This document shows, piece after piece, positions 9,850 through 18,737 of a stretch of DNA of 43,358 nt. The DNA lies in NCBI GenBank assembly GCA_027028625.1, contig JALVIH010000003.1, positions 1 to 43,358 on the forward strand. Reading direction: 5' to 3'. The notes under the pieces were generated by a model that saw only the letters and a list, made by a program, of their open reading frames with translations, was not told the DNA's origin and made no database searches. This DNA is from a bacterium (lineage in GTDB: Bacteria > Patescibacteriota > Microgenomatia > JAADGY01). The number at the start of each line of letters is the position of its first letter. Within the stretch, counting starts at the first letter, position 1. Both the position numbers and the translations under genes were made by a program.

Positions 9850-10965
9850 GGAACTTGGAACTTGGTAATTGGAACTAGGAACTAGGTTAGAAAATAACCA
9901 ATTATCAAATTCCAAGTATCCAAACAAATTCCAAATTCGGCTTAATGAAAAAAATTAGTTGGTGATTTCGGGGCATACTTTGGGTATTTAGGAGGTTTTT
10001 ATGAAACAGAAAAAAGATGTTCTGCTTGTTATAGTAGTCACATTATGTCTAATACTACCAACTCTTTAGACGGTTCCATTGCTTATTTAAAAACTTTATT
10101 ACGCATCCATAAAGGTATGAATTTATCCTTACGACATAAAATTACAGATGAGGTTCTGAGAGAATTACCAACTAAAAAATTTCATTAAGTCCCAAATTCC
10201 AATAATCAAAACCTTCTTAGGAGTCATCCCGAACTTGTCGGGATCTAGCCGAAGGTGCAGGGAAATGGAACTAGGAACTAGGTTAAAAAAGCACTAAATC
10301 CTAAATTCGAAGCTCCAAACAAATTCTAATCTCTAAATTCTAAATCCTAAACTCCCTCGGTGGATAAATCCACCTTCGGGAGGAATAAAAATCCAGCCGA
10401 AAGCGCATAGGTGTATCCCAAACCTAAGTGTCAACGACCTTGCGCTCGTTTCCACTCGCTAGATCCTTCACTTCGCCTGGCGGCTCGTTCAGGATGACAT
10501 GGAGAAAGAGGTATACTCCCTCCCCGGGTCATTCTGAGTGTTAACGAAGAATCTAGCGAAGCGCAAAGTCTTAGCTCCCAAACTTGAGTAGACACCCCTG
10601 CGCCTTCGGCTAGATTCTTCACTACGTTCAGAATGACTCCTCTCTCAAGAGGTTTTGAATTTTGGTATTAGGATTTCGATTATTGCCTGCCCCGTAAAGA
10701 ATGAAATTTCTTTCGGGGTTTAGATATTAGAGTTTAGGAATTAGGGTTTGTTTGGAGCTTCGGATTTAGAATTTCGGATTTATTCCTATTTGTCTCCTTG
10801 GTATTTGTGATTTGTGCTTTCTTACCAAGTTCTGAGATCCAAGTTCTAAGTTCATCACACTCCCGAAGAGTGATAAATCACACTTTGGGAGAGTGATTTA
10901 TTCTGAGTTCCAAGCTCTGAGTTCTGTTTTATTTGAAAATTGATCATTGATAATTGGTTATTTTT
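9850..10965. repeat. Composite repeat mosaic A (heptamer arrays plus nested palindromes)
   Basis: GGAACT(T/A) and AAAT(C/T)C(T/G) heptamers; exact 18-bp inverted pair 9891-9908/10947-10964; 28-bp inverted pair 10296-10323/10747-10774; GTCAT..ATGAC units 10223-10498 and 10528-10637; modules shared with four other loci. Confidence 0.92.
9939..10191 (+). mobile_element. Non-autonomous IS256-family derivative (MITE, 253 bp)
   Basis: Imperfect terminal inverted repeats GGCTTAATGAAAAAAATTAGTTGGTG / rc GACTTAATGAAATTTTTTAGTTGGTA; 8-bp target duplication CCAAATTC (9931-9938, 10192-10199); remnant frame KRCSAC...NTTNSLDGSIAYLKTLLRIHKG. Confidence 0.82.
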
Positions 10966-13735
10966 GCCGAGTTCCATTTTCCGGGGGTTTCCAGCCAGGG
11001 GGTGGGAGTTGAGGATAATGACACTTCTTCCACTTTTTACCAGAACCACACCAACAAGGATCGTTACGGCCAAGCTTGTAACGATGAACTGTCTGTTGAG
11101 TTTGAATAGGGTTAACCTCTCCGGCCGCAGCTGTCTGAGGATTAAACTCAGCTAGGCTCCCTAAAGAGCTATCGGCTGGACCTTGAGTAACAATGGGCTT
11201 GTCAAGCAGGCTTTCTTGAGGAATCCGTTGAGGAACCAGATGGTAGAAGGAAAAAAGAGATTCTTTTTCTATTAATCTAATAAGTCTTTCAAATAAACGA
11301 AAGGCTTCTTGCTTGTATTCTACTAGAGGATCTTTTTGGGCAAAGCCGCGGACCATCACACCCTCTCGGAGTTGATCTAAAAGGTCGATATGATCAACCC
11401 AAAAATCATCAATAGATTTAAGAAGAGAAACTCTAGCTATGTCTTGAAGTATCTCCGGACCAAACTGTCCTTCCTTGGCTTTAATCGCCTTTTGGCCCAA
11501 CTCTTCCAACACCTCTTTTACCCCTGTTTTGGACTGGCCAGTAAGTTGGTCAACTAAAAACTGGCTCGACTCTTTATCTAAAGGAATAATTTTGGTATAT
11601 TCTTTAACTAGCTCCTTAGCTTCATCTTCAGATAACTTTTCTTCCTCAAAGTAAAACTCAATCAGATGGTCAAGATAGGTTTGGAGAAGTTTATTTATTT
11701 CCTCTACTAGTTTTTGAGGCTCCTTCTCAGCCAGGAGGAGAATTTTATCCCGCCGTTTGTAAATTATCTGGCGTTGCTTATTAATAACATCATCATAATC
11801 AACTAAGGACTTCCTAATATCAAAGTAGAAACTCTCTACCTTAGTCTGAGCCTGTTCGAGAGCCCTGGAGACTAAAGAATGCTCTAGAGGTTGGTCTTCA
11901 GGAAGATTGAACATCGTCATCAACCGAGAAATTTGATCCCCACCAAAGATGCGCATAATCTCATCTTCCAAAGAAACATAAAAGCGAGACATCCCTGGAT
12001 CGCCTTGACGGCCGGAACGGCCACGGAGCTGGTTGTCAATTCGCCGAGCCTCGTGACGTTCACTTCCTATCACAGCTAGGCCACCAGCCTCTACTACCTG
12101 CTGATGGCGCCTTAACCACTCTTGGTAAGCTCTACTTTTAAGATATTCTTCTTCTGATTGCCCCTTCTTTTTTTCTGGTAATGCTCCTCCCAGAACAATA
12201 TCAACTCCTCTCCCAGCCATATTAGTGGCTACAGTTACACTTCCGGGTTTACCAGCCTGGGCAATTATTTGGGCTTCTTGTTCGTGGTGTTTAGCGTTCA
12301 AGACTTGGTGGGGAATGCCTTTGTGCTTAAGAAGGTTAGAGAGAATTTGGTTCATCTCAATAGATCTTGTTCCCACCAAAACCGGCTGACCCTTTTGATG
12401 GAGTTCCTCCACTTCTCGAACGATAGCACTAAACTTGGCCCGAGTAGTTTTGTAAACCCGATCAGGGTAATCTCGGCGAATAACTGGTTTGTTTGTAGGA
12501 ATAACTACGGTGGTTAGATGATAAATTTTATCAAACTCTTCAGCTTCAGTTGCCGCTGTCCCAGTCATTCCAGCTAACTTCTGGTACATTCGGAAGTAGT
12601 TTTGAAGGGAGATGGTAGCCATTGTTTTAGATCTCTTCTGGATAGGCACTCCCTCCTTAGCCTCCAAGGCTTGATGTAAACCTTCCGAGAAGCGGCGGCC
12701 GGGCATTAGCCGACCGGTATGCTCATCAACAATAATTATCTGGTTATCCTTAACGATGTATTCCTTATCTTTATGGAAAAGTTCCTTAGCCTTTAGGGCC
12801 TGCTCAAGGTGATGGACCATCTGAAAGTTCTCTTGATAAAGGTTAGAAACACCAAGAGTTTTCTCCACTTTTCGCATTCCAAAGTCAGTTAAGGAAACAG
12901 TTTTTCTTTTTTCATCAATCTCATAGTCTCGGTCTTTAAGAAGCTGACTAGCTAATTGGGCAAAACGGAGATACATCGAGGTATCCTCTTCATCTGGGGC
13001 TGAGATAATAAGAGGGGTTCGAGCTTCGTCAATGAGGATAGAATCTACTTCATCAACAATACTGTAAAAATGGCCTCGCTGGACCTTCTCGGAAAAAGAG
13101 GCAACCATATTATCCCGAAGATAATCAAAACCAAATTCATTATTAGTGCCGTAAGTTACATCAGCTAAGTAGGCCTCACGGCGGGAAACTGGCCGAAGAT
13201 GAGCTAAGCGCTCCTCTAAGGCTTTAGGGTCGGTATAAGACGGATCGTAAAGGAAGGCTTGGTCGTGGACAATAACTCCCACACTTAAACCAAGAAAATC
13301 AAAGATCGGCCCCATCCAGCCGGCGTCCCGCTTAGCCAAATAGTCATTGACTGTCACTAGGTGAGCTCCCTTTCCATAAAGAGCATTAATATAAAGGGCT
13401 GGAACAGCCGAAAGCGTCTTGCCTTCACCTGTTTTCTGTTCAGCAATCTTGCCTTCAGCCAGGGCCCAGGCGGCCATTAATTGAACATCAAAATGACGCA
13501 TACCCACAGTCAGCTTGGCCGCTTGGCGGACAAGGGCAAAGGCATAAAACCAATCCTCTTGGGACAGTTTGTTGGCCAAGGCCTTATCCCGAAACCGCTC
13601 TGTCTGTTGGAGGAACTCTTCTCGCTTAAGCTTGGCCACTTCAGGTTCCAACCGATTAATCTGCTCGACGAACCTCCTAAGCCGGCCAAGTTCTCGACTG
13701 TTAAGATCAAAAAGTTTTTTGACAAAATCTAACAT
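10958..13735 (-). CDS. secA: Preprotein translocase ATPase SecA
   Basis: KTGEGKT, VDEVDSILIDEARTPLIIS, QLRGRSGRQGDPG, SEC-C GRNDPCWCGSGKKWKKCH; likely start ATG 13735, 7 nt after TATAAT (ORF track start 13744). Confidence 0.97.
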   Translation of the reverse strand: MLDFVKKLFDLNSRELGRLRRFVEQINRLEPEVAKLKREEFLQQTERFRDKALANKLSQEDWFYAFALVRQAAKLTVGMRHFDVQLMAAWALAEGKIAEQKTGEGKTLSAVPALYINALYGKGAHLVTVNDYLAKRDAGWMGPIFDFLGLSVGVIVHDQAFLYDPSYTDPKALEERLAHLRPVSRREAYLADVTYGTNNEFGFDYLRDNMVASFSEKVQRGHFYSIVDEVDSILIDEARTPLIISAPDEEDTSMYLRFAQLASQLLKDRDYEIDEKRKTVSLTDFGMRKVEKTLGVSNLYQENFQMVHHLEQALKAKELFHKDKEYIVKDNQIIIVDEHTGRLMPGRRFSEGLHQALEAKEGVPIQKRSKTMATISLQNYFRMYQKLAGMTGTAATEAEEFDKIYHLTTVVIPTNKPVIRRDYPDRVYKTTRAKFSAIVREVEELHQKGQPVLVGTRSIEMNQILSNLLKHKGIPHQVLNAKHHEQEAQIIAQAGKPGSVTVATNMAGRGVDIVLGGALPEKKKGQSEEEYLKSRAYQEWLRRHQQVVEAGGLAVIGSERHEARRIDNQLRGRSGRQGDPGMSRFYVSLEDEIMRIFGGDQISRLMTMFNLPEDQPLEHSLVSRALEQAQTKVESFYFDIRKSLVDYDDVINKQRQIIYKRRDKILLLAEKEPQKLVEEINKLLQTYLDHLIEFYFEEEKLSEDEAKELVKEYTKIIPLDKESSQFLVDQLTGQSKTGVKEVLEELGQKAIKAKEGQFGPEILQDIARVSLLKSIDDFWVDHIDLLDQLREGVMVRGFAQKDPLVEYKQEAFRLFERLIRLIEKESLFSFYHLVPQRIPQESLLDKPIVTQGPADSSLGSLAEFNPQTAAAGEVNPIQTQQTVHRYKLGRNDPCWCGSGKKWKKCHYPQLPPPGWKPPENGTRQK

Positions 13736-13910
13736 ACTCATCATTATAAACTATTTAGAACTCAGAAATTAGAATGTAGGGGCGTTAATTTAGTTTGAAG
13801 CGCTATCAGCAAGTTTACCTCCAGAAATCCAAATATAACTTTTTTCTCGAATAGATGTGGGGTAGGGAAATTAAGGTTTGGAATTAAAATGAAGGAGTAG
13901 TGCCGGCCAA

Positions 13911-13939
13911 TTGAACAATGTTATAGGAGGCGGTATACT
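13911..13939 (+). promoter_or_regulatory. Sigma-70 promoter (leaderless) of the ASCH-domain gene
   Basis: TTGAAC-17nt-TATACT, 6 nt before ATG 13946. Confidence 0.7.
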
Positions 13940-13945
13940 TCAGGT

Positions 13946-14947
13946 ATGGCTTTCGAAAAATTACTTCAAGGTATGCAAAAGTTTTTTGGTCTTGATCTCG
14001 AGGGAGAAAGTTGGCGGGACCATGTCATTTCCGCAAGAGAACAAACAAATTGGCGCAAATTGGTAGGAATCCAAGAAAGGGCTCTCCAAGAATTGTATGG
14101 TCAGCAGGGTTGGAAAACTTTCCAGGGGGTAGCTGAACAGTTCCGTCTTTGGGATTTAGAAAACCCTAAGGGGCTTTATCTTATTTTGGATATGGTCAGG
14201 AAAACATCATTATGGATGTTAGCTTCTTTTAAAGACTATTTTAGGTTGGAATCGTATGCTTGTGCTCTAGACCTTGTCTTGGATACCCAAATAGTAAAGC
14301 CAGCCGACGAGGTGTTACCTCTTATTTTGGGAGCCGGCCCAGTTGGCCCTTTGAGTGGGAGGGAAACTTTGGAAAGGTTAGGGGATGCTTTTCAGCCGCT
14401 TTTAAATCACCTTTGGGCTAAAGAAGAAAAATGGCAAGCGTTTCGAGAGCAGGCGCAAGCCAAACGGCCAGCTGAATCAAAGACCATAGAGATGAAACTT
14501 TACCCTTTCTACTTTGCCATGATTCAGAATGGCAGTAAGACCTTTGAGGGACGGGCGTTTAAGCCTGGAGATTGGCGTTATGCCATGCTGAGGGCGGGGG
14601 ACAAGATTCGCTTTCGGGTGGACCCCGAAGCTCCGGAAGAATATCGAGAGGACACGGTGGGGCGTAATGATAGTATGGTCTATCGGGTAGAAAAGGTTGT
14701 TTTTGGCCCGCTAGTGAGTTCGGTTTTTCGCCGGACTGGTTTAGGCATGTGCCCGGCCCAACTCTTGACCGGCGGGCGTTTTTTTCAGCCTGATGTTGCT
14801 GCGGGTGCCTATGAATTCTCGCTGGCGGAAGTTTTGGAACAAATTAACCGCTACTATCGGATTCCCGGCTACCTTGACCGCATTGCCGAGCATGGGTTTG
14901 TGGGGGTCGAGGTGAAAAAGGAGCTAGGAGCTGGGTTGAAGAAATAA
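13946..14947 (+). CDS. Protein with an unknown N-terminal domain and a C-terminal ASCH/PUA-like domain
   Basis: EMKLYPFYFAMIQNGSKTFEGR...LRAGDKIRF matches the ASCH GxKxxExR motif; visibly more G/C-rich than its neighbours. Confidence 0.75.
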   Translation: MAFEKLLQGMQKFFGLDLEGESWRDHVISAREQTNWRKLVGIQERALQELYGQQGWKTFQGVAEQFRLWDLENPKGLYLILDMVRKTSLWMLASFKDYFRLESYACALDLVLDTQIVKPADEVLPLILGAGPVGPLSGRETLERLGDAFQPLLNHLWAKEEKWQAFREQAQAKRPAESKTIEMKLYPFYFAMIQNGSKTFEGRAFKPGDWRYAMLRAGDKIRFRVDPEAPEEYREDTVGRNDSMVYRVEKVVFGPLVSSVFRRTGLGMCPAQLLTGGRFFQPDVAAGAYEFSLAEVLEQINRYYRIPGYLDRIAEHGFVGVEVKKELGAGLKK

Positions 14948-15420
14948 CCAATTATCAAATTCCAAGGATACAACAGGAATAAATCCTAAATCCGAAATCC
15001 TAAGTTCCAAACAAATCCTAAATTCTAATCTCTAATATCCAAACCCCGAAAGAAATTTCATTCTTTACGGGACAGGTAAGCCTCAATAACCAATGATCAA
15101 AACCCTCTTTCTCGAGTCATCCCGAGCAAGCTGTTTCCTCCTCTCTGGGTCATCCTGAGGAGCTGGGGCGACGAAGGATCTAGCTGATAGGCGCATGGGT
15201 TCTACTCAAGTTTGGGAGCTAAGAATTTGCGCTTCGCTAGATTCTTCGCGGGACTCAGAATGACTCGTTAATTAACTAAGTTCCAAGTTCTAAGTTCTTA
15301 GTTCCAGATAAACTGAGTTCTAAGTTCATCACACTCCCGAAGAGTGATAAAACACATTTCGTCGGGAGAGTGATTTATTCTGAGTTCCGAGTTCCGAGCT
15401 CTGAGTTCTAATTACCGAAC
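14920..15420. repeat. Composite repeat mosaic B
   Basis: GGAGCTAGGAGCTGGG, AAATAACCAATTATCAAATTCCAAG, AAATCCT array, CCCCGAAAGAAATTTCATTCTTTACGGG, GTCAT unit 15149-15264, CATCACACTCCCGAAGAGTGA module 15327-15377, AGTTC(C/T)G array. Confidence 0.92.
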
Positions 15421-15482
15421 TCCAAAAACAGTTTGTCACTTTTCTTTCTAGTTGTTAAACTAAAAAATGGGAAAGGTTATCT

Positions 15483-18407
15483 ATGTTTAAGGTAAAGATC
15501 GTTAGAGAAAAACCAACTATCGCTGTTTACTCCCGAGAATCGTTCTTCTTGGAACTTTTTCTTTACCATTTCCTTATGCGCCGAGGTGCCCAGGTATACC
15601 TCATTCATCCCCAAGCTGATCAACTTCTAAAACAACCTCATTGGCACTTTTTTACCGCTCACCCTAAGTTAAAAGTAATCTCCCTCCAAGAGGCTAAAGA
15701 AATTCATTCTAAAAAAATCGAGGCTTTTTTTGACTTGGCTCCATTATCTTGGGGTGAACATTTGGGAAAAAGTTTAAACGAGGAAATTGAGGTGGGGTAT
15801 GGTCTCATTAATCGACTTTCTTTAGCAGTACAATCAGAAACAAAATATATTCTTCTTACTCCTCTTATTTATAACCTAGCCAGTGAGCTAAACTTCTATT
15901 ACCAACTAAAAAACCAACAGCTCTTTTTAGCTCACTATGCCCAGGAGTCGCAACTTGCTTATAAAATACTCCAGTTGCCTAACTACCTCTATCCCACCTT
16001 ATTTAACCAACCTTGCCAAAACTTTCTCAGCCTTTTAATTACTTCTTTTTTAGGCAAACAACAAATCCCCCTTTCCCCTTCTACTCCTCTTTATCTGGCG
16101 GATATTGAGGGCATTATTAAAGAAGTAGAAAATCAAGTTTTTGGTTTTTCTTCTCAGAAAGAAATTTCTTTAATCGCTCAACCTCTTGCTCTTTCTTTAT
16201 TTCTAGAAAAAGTCAGAGAAATTTTTAAGATAGAAATTCAGCCCTTCTTTCAACCAACTTCGGTTGCCTTTACCCCTCTTTATCTGGGCCAACCACTTCA
16301 AACTCAATTAAGAGTAGAAAGTGACTTTTTAAAATTGTCCCGATTGGCTCAAGAAAATAAGGTTAGGTTAGCTTTTCCTCCTCGCCCCAACAAACTAAAA
16401 ATTGTTCCTCTGCACAACGATCAACCTGCTTCTTTTCAAATACCTTCGCCATCACCTATTCAAAAGGAAAAAACCAAACCCCAGAAGAAAACAAGGCTGC
16501 CTCACTTCTCTTTTAATTCTCTAACCCCTCCTAAAGTACCAACCCAATTAAAATACTTCTTATTCGCTTTTCTTTTTTTATTTCTTCTCACTAGCCTTAC
16601 TTTTGGTCTTCTTATTTTTTCTTTAAAAAAAGGAGTCTTTGAGTTCGAGAGTTGCCTTCATAGTCAAAACAATCATCTCCTTACTGGAGCTCTAAAGTCT
16701 GAACTACCCCAAAACAGTTCTCGTTGCTTAACAAAAACTAAGAAGTACCTTACTCTAGCCCAAAAAATCAACTCTTCCCTTGTCCCCATTTTTCAATTTA
16801 CAGGCTTAGCCACCACCAATGATCGAATTAGTGATATAGTTCACTTTTATCTCTCGGTTCTTAATGCTTTAGAAAAAAAGAATTCCCTACCTCTTGAGGA
16901 AACAGCTTTTTTAAATTACATCTTTAATCAAGATAGTGAGGGAGATTTCTCTTCTTACTATCACCGTCTAGACAAAGAATACTATCTTCTAACCACTAAC
17001 CTCGATAAATCAATCGCCCTCTATCGCTCAAACCAAAAAACTTATCAACAAGTTCACCTTTGGCACCTTAACAAACATTTTTCTACAACTTTTAATTACA
17101 TCCTCTCTTGGCGACAAAAACTAAAACAAAGGCTAGTTTTGTGGCAACAATTGCCTCAACTTTTAGGAACAACCAAAAGGCAGGATTACCTTATTGTTTT
17201 TGTGGATAATAATGAACTCCGACCTGGCGGCGGCTTGATTACAGCCTACGCCCAACTAACATTTGAGGGAGGACAGCTTTTGGACCTCCAAACCTTTGAT
17301 ATTTACCAACTTGATAACCAATTAACCGGTGAGGTAACTCCCCCTTCACCTCTTCAAGAATACTTGGGGCAAAAAAGTTGGCGAATAAGAGATGCTGCTT
17401 GGCAACCTTCCTATCCAGATACCGCCCGACAAATAGATTGGTTTTACCAAAAAGCCAGCGGCCAAAATATTGACGGGGTTATTTTAATTGATGATGATTT
17501 TTTAGCGGCTATGGCTGAGTTGTGGGGAGGATTTCATCTTCAGGATTTAAAACTGACCCTTAATAAAAACAATCTCCGCCGACGTCTTTTCCTCTGGGGT
17601 AATTTAGAGAAGGGCAACCAAAACCAAATCTTCGTCTCTCTTTTAAAAACTTTCTTGAGTCAACTAAAACAACTAAAGGGCCAACAGCTTCAGACCTTTA
17701 CCGCTACTTTGGATCAACTAGCCAAAACTAAGGATATTAATTTCTATTTCAATAACAGCCAATTAGAAAGTCTTTTCCTTGATCTGGGATGGGGAGGGGA
17801 GATGAAAACTCCCCAGTGTTCTCAAAATTGTATTGTTCTTTCCGGACCAGTCATCGAAGCTAACTTGGGAGCAAATAGAGTTAATTATCTTCTGTCCCAA
17901 CAACTAAAAACAGAGGTCAACATCACCCCCACTTTGATAACTGAGAACTTAAAATTGACTCTCAATAACCCTTCTTCCAGCCCTCGCTGGCCTGGAGGAA
18001 ATTACAACGATTACCTTCAGTGGTATTTTGAGCAGGGATGGAAATTAGAAGAAGTAAAAATTGGCGGAAGACACTTAGACATTGATAATATAAATGTGGC
18101 TACGCGGAGCGGATACCATATTTATAGTTTCTACCATCAGGTTGGTTACAACCAAAGCCAAACGGTCAGCCTTAAACTTAGCCGGCCCTTTAAAGAAAAC
18201 TCTAGCCTAGATCTGCTCTTTTGGCAACCCAAACAAATTGGCCTAACAATTCAAAAAGTCCTTTATCGTCTGAATCTGCCTCAAAACTCTAGAATAAAAG
18301 TCATCTCCCCCGTCGAGTGGAAAAAGAACAATCATCAAATAATATATCAGGGAGAACTAAATAAAAATATTCTCCTGCCAGTAAGGCTCAAGTTTATCTC
18401 TTTTTAA
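15483..18407 (+). CDS. DUF4012-domain membrane protein with a degenerate Rossmann/epimerase-like N-terminus
   Basis: YLIVFVDNNELRPGGGLI, RDAAWQPSYP, IDGVILID, EANLGANRVN; central TM helix. Confidence 0.8.
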   Translation: MFKVKIVREKPTIAVYSRESFFLELFLYHFLMRRGAQVYLIHPQADQLLKQPHWHFFTAHPKLKVISLQEAKEIHSKKIEAFFDLAPLSWGEHLGKSLNEEIEVGYGLINRLSLAVQSETKYILLTPLIYNLASELNFYYQLKNQQLFLAHYAQESQLAYKILQLPNYLYPTLFNQPCQNFLSLLITSFLGKQQIPLSPSTPLYLADIEGIIKEVENQVFGFSSQKEISLIAQPLALSLFLEKVREIFKIEIQPFFQPTSVAFTPLYLGQPLQTQLRVESDFLKLSRLAQENKVRLAFPPRPNKLKIVPLHNDQPASFQIPSPSPIQKEKTKPQKKTRLPHFSFNSLTPPKVPTQLKYFLFAFLFLFLLTSLTFGLLIFSLKKGVFEFESCLHSQNNHLLTGALKSELPQNSSRCLTKTKKYLTLAQKINSSLVPIFQFTGLATTNDRISDIVHFYLSVLNALEKKNSLPLEETAFLNYIFNQDSEGDFSSYYHRLDKEYYLLTTNLDKSIALYRSNQKTYQQVHLWHLNKHFSTTFNYILSWRQKLKQRLVLWQQLPQLLGTTKRQDYLIVFVDNNELRPGGGLITAYAQLTFEGGQLLDLQTFDIYQLDNQLTGEVTPPSPLQEYLGQKSWRIRDAAWQPSYPDTARQIDWFYQKASGQNIDGVILIDDDFLAAMAELWGGFHLQDLKLTLNKNNLRRRLFLWGNLEKGNQNQIFVSLLKTFLSQLKQLKGQQLQTFTATLDQLAKTKDINFYFNNSQLESLFLDLGWGGEMKTPQCSQNCIVLSGPVIEANLGANRVNYLLSQQLKTEVNITPTLITENLKLTLNNPSSSPRWPGGNYNDYLQWYFEQGWKLEEVKIGGRHLDIDNINVATRSGYHIYSFYHQVGYNQSQTVSLKLSRPFKENSSLDLLFWQPKQIGLTIQKVLYRLNLPQNSRIKVISPVEWKKNNHQIIYQGELNKNILLPVRLKFISF

Positions 18408-18409
18408 TC

Positions 18410-18733
18410 TTACTTCCTTATTATTTCTTTCAAGGGTGGGGAGTGATAAATTTCTTTTTTAATCAAATAAAACTTCTCTTCCGATGGTCCAAGGAGTAAT
18501 TTTTCTCTTGCTTTTACCTCTAATTGGGTTGGGTCGTTAACTGTTTGAAGTTCTTCTTGTAGTCTCCGGTTATTCTCGATTAGTTTATCGACTTCTTTTA
18601 CCACTTTTTTCCCACTCAAATATATCTGATACTCTTGCCAGGTAATTTTCAGCTGGTGGAGAATTAAAATCAAAAGAAAAACATTAAACACCAAAAGAAA
18701 CCATCTATGTGACAAGTTGTGTTTCGTCGCCAT
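18410..18733 (-). CDS. Septum formation initiator (FtsB/DivIC-like)
   Basis: N-terminal TM, coiled coil ENNRRLQEEL, DPTQLEVKAREKLLL. Confidence 0.75.
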   Translation of the reverse strand: MATKHNLSHRWFLLVFNVFLLILILHQLKITWQEYQIYLSGKKVVKEVDKLIENNRRLQEELQTVNDPTQLEVKAREKLLLGPSEEKFYLIKKEIYHSPPLKEIIRK

Positions 18734-18737
18734 AAGT

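Noticed and set aside
9850-10965. CRISPR array interpretation of the repeat tracts
   Set aside because: No constant-length direct repeats separated by unique spacers, and no cas genes; the repeats are nested, inverted and heterogeneous
10431-11155. ORFs 10431..10622, 10855..11073 and 10940..11155
   Set aside because: They are translations of repeat modules or overlap secA; no start signals or protein motifs
13773-13783. TGTAGGGGCG resembling a GTAG-family REP end
   Set aside because: Single copy with no following palindrome or partner
10223-15264. Integron attC cassette array
   Set aside because: No RYYYAAC/GTTRRRY core pairs bound the palindromes, no tyrosine integrase is in the window, and the flanking genes are mostly housekeeping
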